From Callorhinchus milii (taxonomy: Eukaryota), in the NCBI RefSeq assembly GCF_018977255.1, contig NW_024705428.1, positions 1-45,472 of the forward strand: DNA of 45,472 nt, in the 5' to 3' direction. Below the pieces are notes generated by a model. It saw only the letters and a program-made list of their open reading frames with translations. It had not been told where the DNA came from and made no database searches. Positions 34,262 through 45,472 of the stretch are shown piece after piece (the stretch's first letter is position 1; each line of letters begins with the position of its first letter). Both the position numbers and the translations under genes were made by a program.

Positions 34262-37200
34262 GAACACTGAAGCCCATAGTTGTGGGTAGTTGTGGTTGTG
34301 ACTGATGCAGGGCAGCTTCGCAGTTGGGCGTTGCCCTAGTAAGCTTGTTAATAACGTGGCATTCTGCATGTCTGTGATTGGATATTTGGACTATGCGGGC
34401 CGGGGACATTAGAAAGCGTCCCAGACATCTCGCATACAGGCTAAATCGAGTAGTCATAATCGCATGTCCTCTATGCAATATCTTGTTCCGGATTCCCTGT
34501 GCAGGTGGGGTAGGTGTCCGGGATTTGTTAACTGCAGATTTTACTGAACCAGGGAGGACATCGTGTGAATATCCGCTCGCACCTTACTCTGAAGCAGACA
34601 CCGGGCTGCTCCGCCGGCTATAAGGACAAGGGAATGTACTACTTAGGGTGGGAACGTACCTAGCACAGAAAACACTGAACTCAAAACATGCGTGCCTACA
34701 AAATATTAACGATCCACAATTCGGAGAGCCCTAGGTGATTCGGGCCTTAACCGCATTACAAGTATTTACATCTTGTCGCCACATTTCAATCCCAAATGCG
34801 TCAGTAGCAACGAGGCCGTAGTTTCTACTAGTATCTGAGTAGAAGTATGTCAAAGTACCGTACTTTGTCAAAGCCTATGAGACCTGCTTCTTATGGGGCC
34901 ATGCTCTCACTAGGTCCGCTTAATATGGAAAGTACCGCCCTGCATGAGCGCGAATTAATTGAGCGCAATTCGCTCACTCAAGGAAACACTCTTTGTGGGC
35001 CAGACGTATAATGCCCGCTTCGCGGTGAGGTCAGAAATACAAAGTGGGCTCAATCATATCAGCTGCTTACCCATGTCCTCTTGCGAATCCTGCTGGGCGG
35101 TTAACTAAATGGAAAGAAAGGAATTTTGAAGCTATGTCCGTCAAGCTGCGAGAGGTGATTAAACAGGGAGTCCGAGTCCGCACACTTGGACTGCTCGTGG
35201 ATGACTTAGTTCCTACCGGAAGAGCGTCCAAGTATCCTATGATGCCAGCGTTAGATCCCCTGTGGAGGGAGTCGACATCGACCCCATCTACGCACCCAAG
35301 GCTTGGGGTGTTGTGGGCACTAATCACGTGAAGTGTATGTTGGTGGGAAGCTTACAATTAACGTGCGGGCACTTTTACCACGACGGCTCAGTGGGCGCGC
35401 TTCAAATTATAATGACATACTAATCATGTCAATTCACTTGAGTCTCGTCCATAAGACAAACAATGATGGCAATCCTGGTTATTCGACAATCAATATCCGG
35501 TTTTGATGATTACTAACTGTCACATGGTTCCGAGTTTAAGTTCTGTTGAGAAACGCAGATTGTCTATTAAGGCGCTTAGCTGAGCTCTCATAAAGAGTTA
35601 CGGCTTGGATAACCAGCATAAGGCACCACGTAACGTGGCTATGAGCTATGCCACCCTAAATAGAAGTGTGTGAAACGAATTGAACCGGTCATGGCTTATG
35701 CAGACGTCGCAGATGGACTTGTAGTGGACGGCTGGACGTGAGTAACTTATGAGAATATAGGCAGCTACCGGTCTAATGGTCTATTGCCTTCCGAGGTGCC
35801 GCATGCGTAGTGATACGAGGTTCTTGGCGGGGTACAAGCCGACTGAATGGAGGGAATCTGCGCTCCGTCGGGTCGACGCCTCTATCCCCCACTTACCTCT
35901 TTATTAGGAGTGAAAATAGGGTACTATTCGGATCTAGGGGGCCGGTGGTGCCGTAACGACTAGAACCTAGACCTAAGAGCGTCATATATACGTCGACAAA
36001 GGGTTGATGACTCGGAGGAATGTACCGAACCTACAATACTGAGTGTTGCCCAACCGACATCGATTTCATAATGAGGCGCGATGGATATAATTCGGTCGAT
36101 AAGGTACCCCCCATAGTCCATTTTTCAGGCACAGATCATATCGTGTTAACCATGTGTCGGTACGGGCACACTGCCTAGGTAATCGTGAGTGCGTGTAGAA
36201 ATACCTATCAGCGATACCCGCTGTCCCGTTTGCCGTCGCTTATTGTGTTCCATATAGGTGAACTATCCGATGGATCCCGAGGACTTGGATATACTCGAAC
36301 GATTCAACAGTCCGAATTGGGCGTGGGAATCGCGCTCCTCCAACAGCCACCTCTAGTCTGATCACGAGGTCGATTACCATTAGAATTGTCTGACATGTGC
36401 AACAGGGACTTTCACGCGTTCTGTTAACATATGTGATTCTAACTGAACGTACAGGTAACTAGTGCCGCTCACTGTCATTATCATCAACTGGAAGTACGTG
36501 ATACAGTAGTTGCCTAACCTACGAATTCTGGATGTACATCGTCACGTTGTCTTTTACGGTTGTACGAGTCCATCCGTTGCAGTATTGAATCAGCCAGTGC
36601 CATGTGAATGCAATTCTGAATTTCGTCGCAGGCTGCCTGCCATCGCGCTAGGGATGAGCCAGTTAGCCTACACTGGGTATTGCGGTGAGTACCGCATAGA
36701 CGAGTACGACCGCCCGACGACTATTATACTCCCGGGAAACCGTGTTCGATTCGCTTGTTTCCGCTATAAAGCCACTCTAATGTTGCTCGGGATGGTTGAG
36801 GATTTCTATAACATGCCTTTGTCACGTTTATCGCAAGCCACTGATAGCCGTGACGAAATTATGCGAATAGAATCCGTATGCCGCACCCTAACCCAACGTG
36901 GATGGGTCAAAAAGTATACCAGATGGCTCAAGTTGCGACGTCTGTCCTTCGCTAGGCTTGCATACTTTTATGCATGGCACGTTTCTGGATTTTGGGCACG
37001 AGCTGTCGCCGTTATTATCTCACAGTACAAAGGCAAACGGAGCACCCGCCTCTGAAAGGCATAAATGTCACGGGCCAGGCCTAAGAGCAACATAGACCAA
37101 TAACCTATCAATTGCAAGTTTACTCGAATACAAATCGCTTACGCATTATGAGTCGTTCTGCTAAATATAGATCACATTGTCGTATGTGTATGCGCGCGAT

Positions 37201-39248
37201 ATTTGGGTTCTGTCGATCCCGTGCATGCGGAAACCCTCCAATCTAAGCTGTGAAACTTCGGCACACGTTGCGTTACGTAAGTCTATACACATCTATGTTT
37301 AGCTGCTTAAATACTATACCAGACAAGATGAATTCTTTGGACTTCAGCACAACAACCACAAGACGAATTAAGGGACAAACGCTTGGGGAACGTTCTGACA
37401 CATCTTAGTTGTAAATTTTCTAACTTTTACGGCGGCTCTTTTTGATACAATTCCCCGGCGTTCCGGCTAGACCCAGTACTTGCGGCGCGCCACAAGAAGC
37501 ACATGCGGGTTAGGGGCGGTGACCTAGCGAAGCAAGCATACCGAGCCTCTACGTATTGCCTATTTTCTAGACCCCCGGACCAGAAGTGATCTAAGGGCTA
37601 GCGGGAACGATAAAATTCCACTTTCGCACGCCTGACAAACTTTGCCTAAGAGTTGCTAAGTAAGCCTTATCGCTCAAACATAGTTAAGGCTCCTTGCCTA
37701 AGGGAGAACCTATGTACCGAACGTTCTTAGGATAGAAGGATACTTTATGGAATGCGTTCTCAGGACAGAAAGATACGAGACAACTTGTTGCAGATGCATC
37801 TTCTCGCATCGGAGACTTCAGTTGAGCCGACACGGGTTCGGTCGTGCTACTGTGGCTTGCTGCTAATAGGTACTCGGCACCGACTAAATCACGCGGCAGC
37901 AGGGGTAACCCCCTTCCCACCCCTTGTCACCTCGTAAGGCGTCTGTAAGACGAATCGTGTTGGCAGCCGCATCGGTGGCTCTGTACTCGTTCGCAGAATT
38001 CTCTCCGTGGGATATAACTTAACTGCTCTAGCGGACCCTGCCCATGCATGTTGGCGGACAGAGCCCATCCTAAAAAGGTGACAGGCACCTCTGGTGGTGG
38101 GTTAGCACCTCAAATGTAAAACACAGTCTTCATTGAACAGAGATCAGCCCGGGGTGCGCCGAGTGACATCCATCACAGAATCTTGAGAAGCCTACCCTCA
38201 TGCCGGCTGCAGCGCGGTTGTGATCAGTGGGCACTTCGCTCATCATTCGTAGGCCAGTGTAGACGTTTTTCAGGGCGGTATCGGAACGATCCCGGGTCAA
38301 ACCTACATGGAACACAGTGCTATCATCGAGCCGGCAAGAGCTTGACGATTCTCTGAAAGGCTGACAGCTCATCAACTATGCTCGCCTTAAATTGCTGGCG
38401 GTTCATTCTCTATGTGACCTGTTTCATGTCAGATTGCTTGTCCGAGAGCCCTGAGAATCGGATCGCACTGTGTTGACAGTAAGCGGTGAAGCCCGTCCCT
38501 GTCCGGCAAGGCATTTTGCGTTCCGTACTATACAAATGACGCAGACCGCTGAATGTGGTATCCCACCTCTCATTATCGCAATTATCATTATAATGTCATG
38601 TATCGCAGTTTAGCCAAGTTTGGTGCGCTCGTTCTAAGTCAACAAGTTACGCTAAAGTTGCCGCCGCAAGCGGGTCATTATACGCCACCAGTAAGTGACA
38701 AGGACCGGCCGGCAAACCCTCTTTCGCCCAAGGTGGTATGCCCTATAACACCCTAGGGTCGCGCTTGACGAATGACCGCTAGTCTCTCATTCAGGATGTA
38801 AACTCGGCTTCCAGACAACGGATCAAACCTGCATATTTTTCTTGTCAGTGTACTCCATCTATAGATGGGAGACTAACCACTGGTATAGGATAAGCATCAG
38901 AGGTCGGGCCATATACACGTCTTGGTCTGCACAGACCTCATTAAACCTTGTATGGCTTACGTGCATCCGAAGTAATCACAAAAAGGCCGTAGCACTATTC
39001 GGCCTTTCTTGAGTTCCTTACAGAGGATGTCAACAAACTAAAAGTGCCGGAATGTCAATGTGCTATATCAGACTAGCATGCGAGATAGTTAGCAGTAGCG
39101 CATGTGCATAATAGAGGTAAATTGCGTGCTGGTCTACATGTAGAAGCTTTGCGAAGAGACGCAGTTACACTTACCATTACGGTAGATAGCGCTGTAAGAG
39201 CGGGCAAGACCTCGGCAAGAGAAGGCAATTGACCCCCTTTTATTAGCC

Positions 39249-39326
39249 GGGGTCAAAGGGTAAAGGTGTCTGTGTGCCGAGGGGTGAGGTCAAAGGTCGG
39301 GTAAAGGTCAGCTTGTTTTGACCTTG
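39249..39326 (+). promoter_or_regulatory. Cluster of nuclear-receptor DR1-like half-site repeats (candidate enhancer)
   Basis: GGGTCA-A-AGGGTA-A-AGGTGT, AGGTCA-A-AGGTCG, CGGGTA-A-AGGTCA and TGACCT within 80 bp. Confidence 0.4.
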
Positions 39327-39569
39327 CCTTGCCTACTGGCCATGTGCTAATCCTAAGAGACGCTGCTCAACAATGACAGGATTCTGTGAGGTTTGCGTTG
39401 CGTTTGTTATCGTGTAGAGGGTGAACGCCACAGGTAGCCAGGGCTCGCCTTGTTCAAACCCCCTTTTAGTCTGTACCCAACTCTCACGTGAAGAGAATCT
39501 GTGCTAGAAACCATGACATTGTTACGTGTAATGCGGCATTTCTTCCTAAATTGCAAGCCGCGTTAATTA

Positions 39570-40022
39570 CACTGGTCAACAACAACAAAAACATGTTTTT
39601 CTGGCCTGGACTGTTGCAGCTGTTCTAGGCTAATTTCAGGGTGCCGATTCTAAATATGATCTCAGATTTGCTCTATCACGTCTATTTTTTATGCTATCGG
39701 CATACCCCATTTTCATTGATTTTACCCGAAATTAACTCTGTCACTTATGATTGCAAGTTGTTGCGAGTCAGTGACTGCTTTAGTGTTAAAATACGGTGCT
39801 GTATTTTTAGGAGAGTGTGCATATAATATCATTTTATGTAGATATCCACATTTATTTAATATTTTTATTCTGCCGTTTTTATTGAAAATGCAATATTTGA
39901 TAATATCTCAAAAACCTGATGTGATGGACAAAAACTGATGCCAGATTTGGAATCATCAGCACCCCAAAATGACCTTAACACCGTTGGAATACCTTATGCC
40001 ACAAAAAGTGTGTTGACCAGTG
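39570..40022. mobile_element. Chapaev3-type (CMC) non-autonomous DNA transposon, 453 bp
   Basis: TIR CACTGGTCAACA / TGTTGACCAGTG with a perfect 3-bp TTA TSD; CAC..GTG termini and TWA TSD fit Chapaev3. Confidence 0.8.
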
Positions 40023-40705
40023 TTATGTATGCAATGTTAGTGTGCTGATGTCGACGTAGCCTTTGACCAGATCACTCACAATGCACGCAGCCTTTTCCGA
40101 TTTTGTAAGCTAAGCAGGGTTTGTGTCAGAAGTGCTTTGGATGGGTTGACCACCACCACCACCACGTGCAGTATAAAGGTGCTGTGGGCGTTGTAGACAG
40201 CAGTTGGCAGTGCAGAAACCCCCATTGGTGTACTGCACTCCCCACCACCACCTCCACCACAACCCCCACTGACCAGCGTGGTGAAGTATGGTCAAATATC
40301 GCTCTCGACCCGACCCACAAGACATGTGCGGAGGTCATCATCCATCAGTGGAATTATTAAAGCGGACTGTACATGTATGATGCGAGAGTGCTTATACATG
40401 TACACGCGTGTGCGTACACATGTATCGGCAGTGTGACAAGATGCGATCACCTCTATTCGCGACCCTGAGTTTGGTGGAAATTCCACATTCCACATTGGGG
40501 GTCATTAAATAGCGCAATCAGTCACGGACGCCAGTGCAGATAATAAGATGGTGCCATTGTCTATGATCATGACGCTCAGAGGAGGAATGCTATCGAGATG
40601 TAATTGTATAACAACAGCTCTTTAATATTCATAATCAACGTTTTTGGGTTTTGATCGTGTTATTTATAAATGTGTCGTAACCCTCCACCACCCGACACGG
40701 CCATT

Positions 40706-41850
40706 TGCAGGTATTGTGGTCTATGCAAACATGACTCCTCGTAAAAAAAGGTGTCAGTTTTGTTTCCAGATAGAAGGGTAAAAAACCAATTATCATATTT
40801 TTTACTAGCAAATGAGGTTCCAATGGTGTAAATGCTTACCCCGAGCTCTCATACTCTGATGGTGCATTGTCTTTGAGTTGTGCGCCTTTTTCGCATCGTC
40901 TGGTCCAACACCGTGTGAGACTAGGCTCTAAGGAAAGCTGTCTCGGGTGTGGACCAATCAACTTCAAGGACAGTGCATACATTATCAGAGTTGTGTTTTT
41001 TGTTTGCATTATGACTGCAGGTATTGTGGTCTATGCAAACATGACTCTTCGTAAAAAAAAGGTGTCAGTTTTGTTGCCAGATAGAAGGTTAAAAGAAAAC
41101 AATGATCAAGGCTGGTCTTGTTCCACGCGTCGCTGCTAAAATGCCTCGTGCCGTCTCTCAGGAGCCTTTATCATGTGCTGGACGCCGGGCCTGGTGATTC
41201 TGCTGTTGGATTCCTTCTGCTCGGACTGCAACGTCCTGGCCTTCGAGAAGTACTTCTTGCTCATAGCGGAGCTCAACTCCGCTATGAACCCCATCATCTA
41301 CTCGTTTCGGGACACGGAGATGATCGCCACTTTCAAGCGCATCCTGAGCTGCCGAAAGGTGGGAAGCGTCGCAGCGAGTGGCTCCGAAAAATCAATTTCC
41401 ACGTCGAATCCCAACCTGGTCACGGAGATCGGTCACATGACCACCACGAGTGCGATGAAGATGAATCAGATTGTCGTCTAATATCTAATTGGGCTAACGA
41501 TGCATGTTTTGATAATTGTTTTTTTACCCTTCTATCTGGCAACAAAACTGACACCTTTTTTACAAGGAGTCATGTTTGCATAGACCACAATACCTGCAGT
41601 CATAATGCAAACAAAAAACATAACTCTGATAATGTATGCACTGTCCTTGAAGTTGATTGGTCCACATCCGAGACAGCTTTCCTTAGAGCCTAGTCTCACA
41701 AGTTATGTTTTTTGTTTCCGTTATGACTGCAGGTATTGTGGTCTATGCAAACATGGCTCCTTGTAAAAAAGGTGTCAGTTTTGTTGCCAGATAAAAGGGT
41801 AAAAAAACAATTATATTTTTTACTGGCAAATGAGGTTCCAATGGTGATGC
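40706..41850. repeat. Four copies of one interspersed repeat (plus 40706-40828, plus 40870-41103, minus 41515-41700, plus 41700-41850) around the LPAR exon
   Basis: TGCAGGTATTGTGGTCTATGCAAACATGACTC..GGTGTCAGTTTTGTTGCCAGATAGAAGG in each copy. Confidence 0.92.
41162..41481 (+). CDS. LPAR1: Last coding exon of a lysophosphatidic acid receptor (EDG family, LPAR1-like): TM6-TM7-C tail
   Basis: Acceptor TCTCTCAG/GA at the conserved TM6 intron; GAFIMCWTPGLVILLLD..EKYFLLIAELNSAMNPIIYSFRD.EM..TF..IL; ends in IVV like LPAR1 SVV. Exact paralogue not certain. Confidence 0.88.
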
Positions 41851-42706
41851 ATATTTTACTCGGAAGCCTGTTGTTTCAAAGATATTTTTTTACACAAGTC
41901 ATGTTTAACTTGGTGTTTCTTGAATAGGGCTTTACTGGAGGATGCGTTGTTTTTCGTTGGTTCTCTTCCTGTTCAAATGACGGCTGCCCCCCAGCACACA
42001 CAAACTCGTGTTAACGTGGCCCCCTTTGCGAGCGGCCGTGTTAACGTGGCTGTGTGTGTGTGTCCTTCAGGGACATTGTAAACAAAAATCTCGTATTTTG
42101 AAAAGCGTCGCTCAATATTTCTGTATTTATTTTTCTTCATTTATTTTGGGGGCCTTTAAACGCTTGTTCAGAATTTAGTTCCGAGCCAATTTTGCATTTC
42201 GTTTTCTTTTGAGCAAGACGATCGTCTTGTGTGAGAATACTGCCTCCGTTTTGAGAGAAGTCGGTTGTTTTGTGGTGATTATTGTGTAATTATTGCCGCA
42301 GTTGCTTTAGAAAGCTGGTGGTTTATTTTTGTTTACAAACAAGATGCTGGACCAGCAGGCAGGGTTGATTGGAAATGACCGCTCGTTTTTCCATATTTGT
42401 TCTCACTTCACATTGGCAGCAATCACAAAGGCTCTGTAAACGTTGTTAAGCTGCGAGCATTGTGTAACCTTCACATGGTTCTCGTGACGAAATGGCAAAA
42501 TGTAACTTTTTCGCACTGTACAAATGTTGGAGACGTGGGTTTCCCGTTAACATTCACTTTTAATCTTGAATGACGGCCACATTTCCACAGTGCGGTGATC
42601 GTACTGAGATGTGGGTGTGGTCCCGCCAGTCATCGATGTATCCACACAGCGCAGATTTTACTGGCTGCCAGGAAGGCCACAATGACATTACAATGTTATA
42701 CTGGTA

Positions 42707-43037
42707 GGAACCACCTGGTTCCACCAGCCCACAGGGGATTATTGTGTCAGTCCGTCCGTCGTGCATCCTAAAATGGGAGGGGTGGGGCTGGGTGGAGAGG
42801 GGAGGGTGGGGAGGGGCTAGGTGGGTAGGGGCTGGATGGGGGGTGGGAGGGAGGGTTGGGCTGGATGGGGGTGGGAGGGGTGGGGCTGGGTGGAGAGGGG
42901 AGGGTGGGGAGGGGCTGGGTGGGTAGGGGCTGGATGGGGGGTGGGAGGGGTGGGGCTGGGTGGAGAGGGGAGGGTGGGGAGGGGCTGGGTGGAGGGTGGG
43001 GCTGGGTGGGGAGGGGCTGGTCACCCTGTGGTGCCCT
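42707..43037 (+). repeat. Interspersed element with G-rich minisatellite, copy 2
   Basis: Same flanks and GGGGCTGGGTGG repeats as 6367-6928. Confidence 0.9.
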
Positions 43038-43707
43038 TATAAAACTCAACGTTTAACCTACTCACGCCAGCTTGTGCCCGCCCTCACAGTCGGGCATATT
43101 TGCAGAATACACCACGCCGCCGTTGACCCTGCAGGCCATTGACCGAGCAACCCAACGTTCCTACCAGCTCCCTCCGCAGAATGTGTTTGAGAGCAAGTCG
43201 TAATCACCCACATCGAATTGTTTGTGCTGTTGAGAGCTGGGCTGCTGTGCGCTTTGGTATCGCAAGTTATAAGATTACAAGAGCCCGCGATGAAAACTTT
43301 GCGGTTGGGAAATGGCAAAGGAGAGAAGGCACTCCCACCATTACCTTGAGGGAAGTTTTCGCTGTGTTGAAATCTCGGCAAAAAAAAATGTTTTAACATT
43401 ATCATCAGTCTGGTTCCCAGTGAATTGAGTTGGTGTTTCTGTGCGGTATGAGCGCCAACTGTTTAAACGACTGAGTTGCAAAAAAAGTCTTCATGAATTA
43501 GTTTTTGGCAGAGCGACGTTTCTCTCTGCGATGAGATATCATTAAACCTGGTACAATGTGTGTGTGTGTCTTCAAGAATTAGTTTTTGGCAGAGCTAAGT
43601 TTCTCTCTGCGATGAGATGTCATTTCACCTGGGTACAATGTGGTGTGTGTGTGCACGCTTCTGGAGGTAATGCATACTAGAATAATAAAAAACTAGTGGC
43701 ATTCATG

Positions 43708-45472
43708 TGTAATGCGGGCGTAAACGGCCTCGCGGATATGACGTCACGGGGGGAGGGGTTAGGTCATGTGGGGGAGAGGTGTAAGCTCTTAAGGGGAGAA
43801 CCGGAAGAGACGGGAGGAGAGTGTGGGAATAAAGACAGGGTGAGGCCACGCAGGGCAGAGGGTTGAGGTGGCGAGATCGCCACGCGGTGAGACTCGGCAC
43901 CGTCGGCCAGCGGTGACCGGGCACGGGTGGAACGGAGAGCAGCGGTGGAGCTGCCGCGAGAGCAGCTGAAAGACTGCACAAGGAAACCTGCAGCGGAGCT
44001 GCATCGGAGTGGAGAAAGGCTACGGGAGCGACGGCAGCTGTGAGCTGCCAAGCGGGAGGCTCTGAGCGAGGGCCGTGTGGGACAAGTTGTAAGAACCCAA
44101 ATAAAGGACAACGGAGACAGACACAGTGAAAGAGTCCTTTATTACACTGGTGTCAGAAGTGAAACGGCATGTCAAAACAGCTCAGAAGAAAGAATATTCC
44201 TGCGCCATCATCTGCTACATCATCCGACGACGACGACCTTCCTCAGGCGGTGGACCTGCCTGCGATGGAGGAGGAGATCCGTGCGGGAACGAGTACAAGA
44301 TGTCGCCGCGTCGGTGGACCCGTCCGCGCCGGAGGACGCGACTTACGATGGAGACAGATGGCGGCGCAGCTGGAGACCTTGAAAATCGTGCTGGCGCAAT
44401 TGTGCGAGCTCGTCACGCCGAGGACGGCGTCGGGGAGGGCCGGTGGTGATCTGCAGGCCGCCGCCTTGCCTGCGCTGTCAGCGCCATCTGCCACGCGGCA
44501 CGAAGACGCCATCTTGGGCGTGGCAGGGGAAGAACGGCGGGAAGCCGCCATCTTGCGCTTTTCGCGGCGGGGAGCCGCCATCTTGGACACGTTGCGATGC
44601 GACGCCATTTTGAATATGCCGCGTGATGAGTCATCTGCTGAGGACGGCGCAACAAGGAGTCGCAGTCGTCATCTGACAACCGTTAAAGAATTCTCCATCG
44701 GTGGCGATTGGAGTGCTTTCGCCTGCAGATTTTTGGCGGCGGTGCGCTCCGCCAGGTGGACTGACGCTGAGGCATTGGAGGTTCTACCAACTCTTCTCGA
44801 CGACGAGTCGGTGCGATTCTTCCGTTCTATAAAGGCCGAGAAGAAGAAAACGTTGAGAGGAGTTTTCGACGAGATGGCAGATGCATACGAGCCACCGGAT
44901 GATGCTCATCGCCGGTTTGTTCAACGCCAGCGAGCACCCGAGGAGTCGCCGGTGGCATACAGGGGTGCTGTCTTGGAGTTCGCCATGGCCGCATACCCGG
45001 AGACGGAGCCTGACCTACTCGAACCCTCATTTTGGGTAAAATGCTCGAGCTGTCCCGGGATTTGGGGATCCCTATGCCGGTGTGTGGCCACGAAAAGCTG
45101 ACATCCCGGGCGGCCGCTAAATGTCTGGATGCCCAGTTCAATTTACGCCGCTGGAAGCAAGTCACGGCGTGAACGGGGGCCCATCATCGAGGGAGGTGCC
45201 GTGGGTTGGGATCACAAGAAGGCGGTGTACGTTCCTGACGGGGGGGGGGGCACAGGAGCTGACAGCCGCCTCTGCTCAGTGGTCGGCCCGCAGTAGACCG
45301 GGGCCGCGATCTGCGCCGCCGACGCGGGAGCGTCGGGACGGGGGGCCTGCGGCGCGGCGCAACGACATCGACTGCTTCCGCTGCGGTCGTAAGGGCCATT
45401 ACGCCAGGGACTGCTGGGCCCGTATCCCAGGTCCGCCCCAGCAGGAGGCCTCGAACAGCGGACGCGCCGCGG
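43708..45472 (+). mobile_element. Ty3/Gypsy LTR retrotransposon C (5' LTR 43708-44146, PBS 44148-44161, gag), runs off the right edge
   Basis: LTR TGTAAT...ATTACA with AATAAA at ~44100; PBS TGGTGTCAGAAGTG; gag ATG at 44169. Confidence 0.92.
44169..45472 (+). pseudogene. gag: Gypsy gag, frameshifted after ~45030, CCHC knuckle at 45373-45414
   Basis: FSIGGDWSAF..WTDAEALEVLPTLLDD..RQRAPEES..Y; CFRCGRKGHYARDC. Confidence 0.88.

Noticed and set aside
34945..34983. Hairpin-like GAGCGCGAATTAATTGAGCGCAATTCGCTCACTCA vaguely resembling lac promoter/vector sequence
   Set aside because: Only scattered short matches and no flanking vector sequence; compatible with chance
36510..37055. 181-aa ORF as a novel gene
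   Set aside because: Non-ATG start directly after a stop, no motif, no splice or promoter context; a frame this long is uncommon but possible by chance in ~5 kb

Overview
Repeat-dense eukaryotic (vertebrate-type) genomic DNA. A lamprey-like genome is my inference from the divergent LPAR1-type exon, GC-rich Gypsy elements, a Chapaev3-type MITE and the satellite style; it is not proven. Contents: (1) three Ty3/Gypsy LTR retrotransposons (1-4058 minus, 26145-~33275 plus, 43708-end plus), all with a tRNA-Leu-type primer-binding site and all damaged by frameshifts or stops; (2) a Penelope-like (PLE) reverse transcriptase fragment inserted in the 3' LTR of the middle element and cut by the assembly gap at 34232-34261; (3) a family of short AT-rich, often fold-back repeats carrying seven recognisable minimal hammerhead-ribozyme motifs of the Penelope pLTR type, with compensatory changes in helix II; (4) a damaged 7-finger C2H2 zinc-finger gene with a SUMO-motif-rich acidic tail and a triple-CRE promoter; (5) a phase-consistent 4-coding-exon gene on the minus strand (266 aa, Arg-rich and polyQ, no family recognised) that the ORF track splits up; (6) the last coding exon of an LPA receptor bracketed by inverted repeats; (7) hAT and Chapaev3 MITEs, tRNA pseudogenes and many mini/microsatellites. 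A ~4.8 kb block right after the gap looks like random sequence and unlike everything else in the window. I could not assign it a function, and it may be foreign or artefactual.
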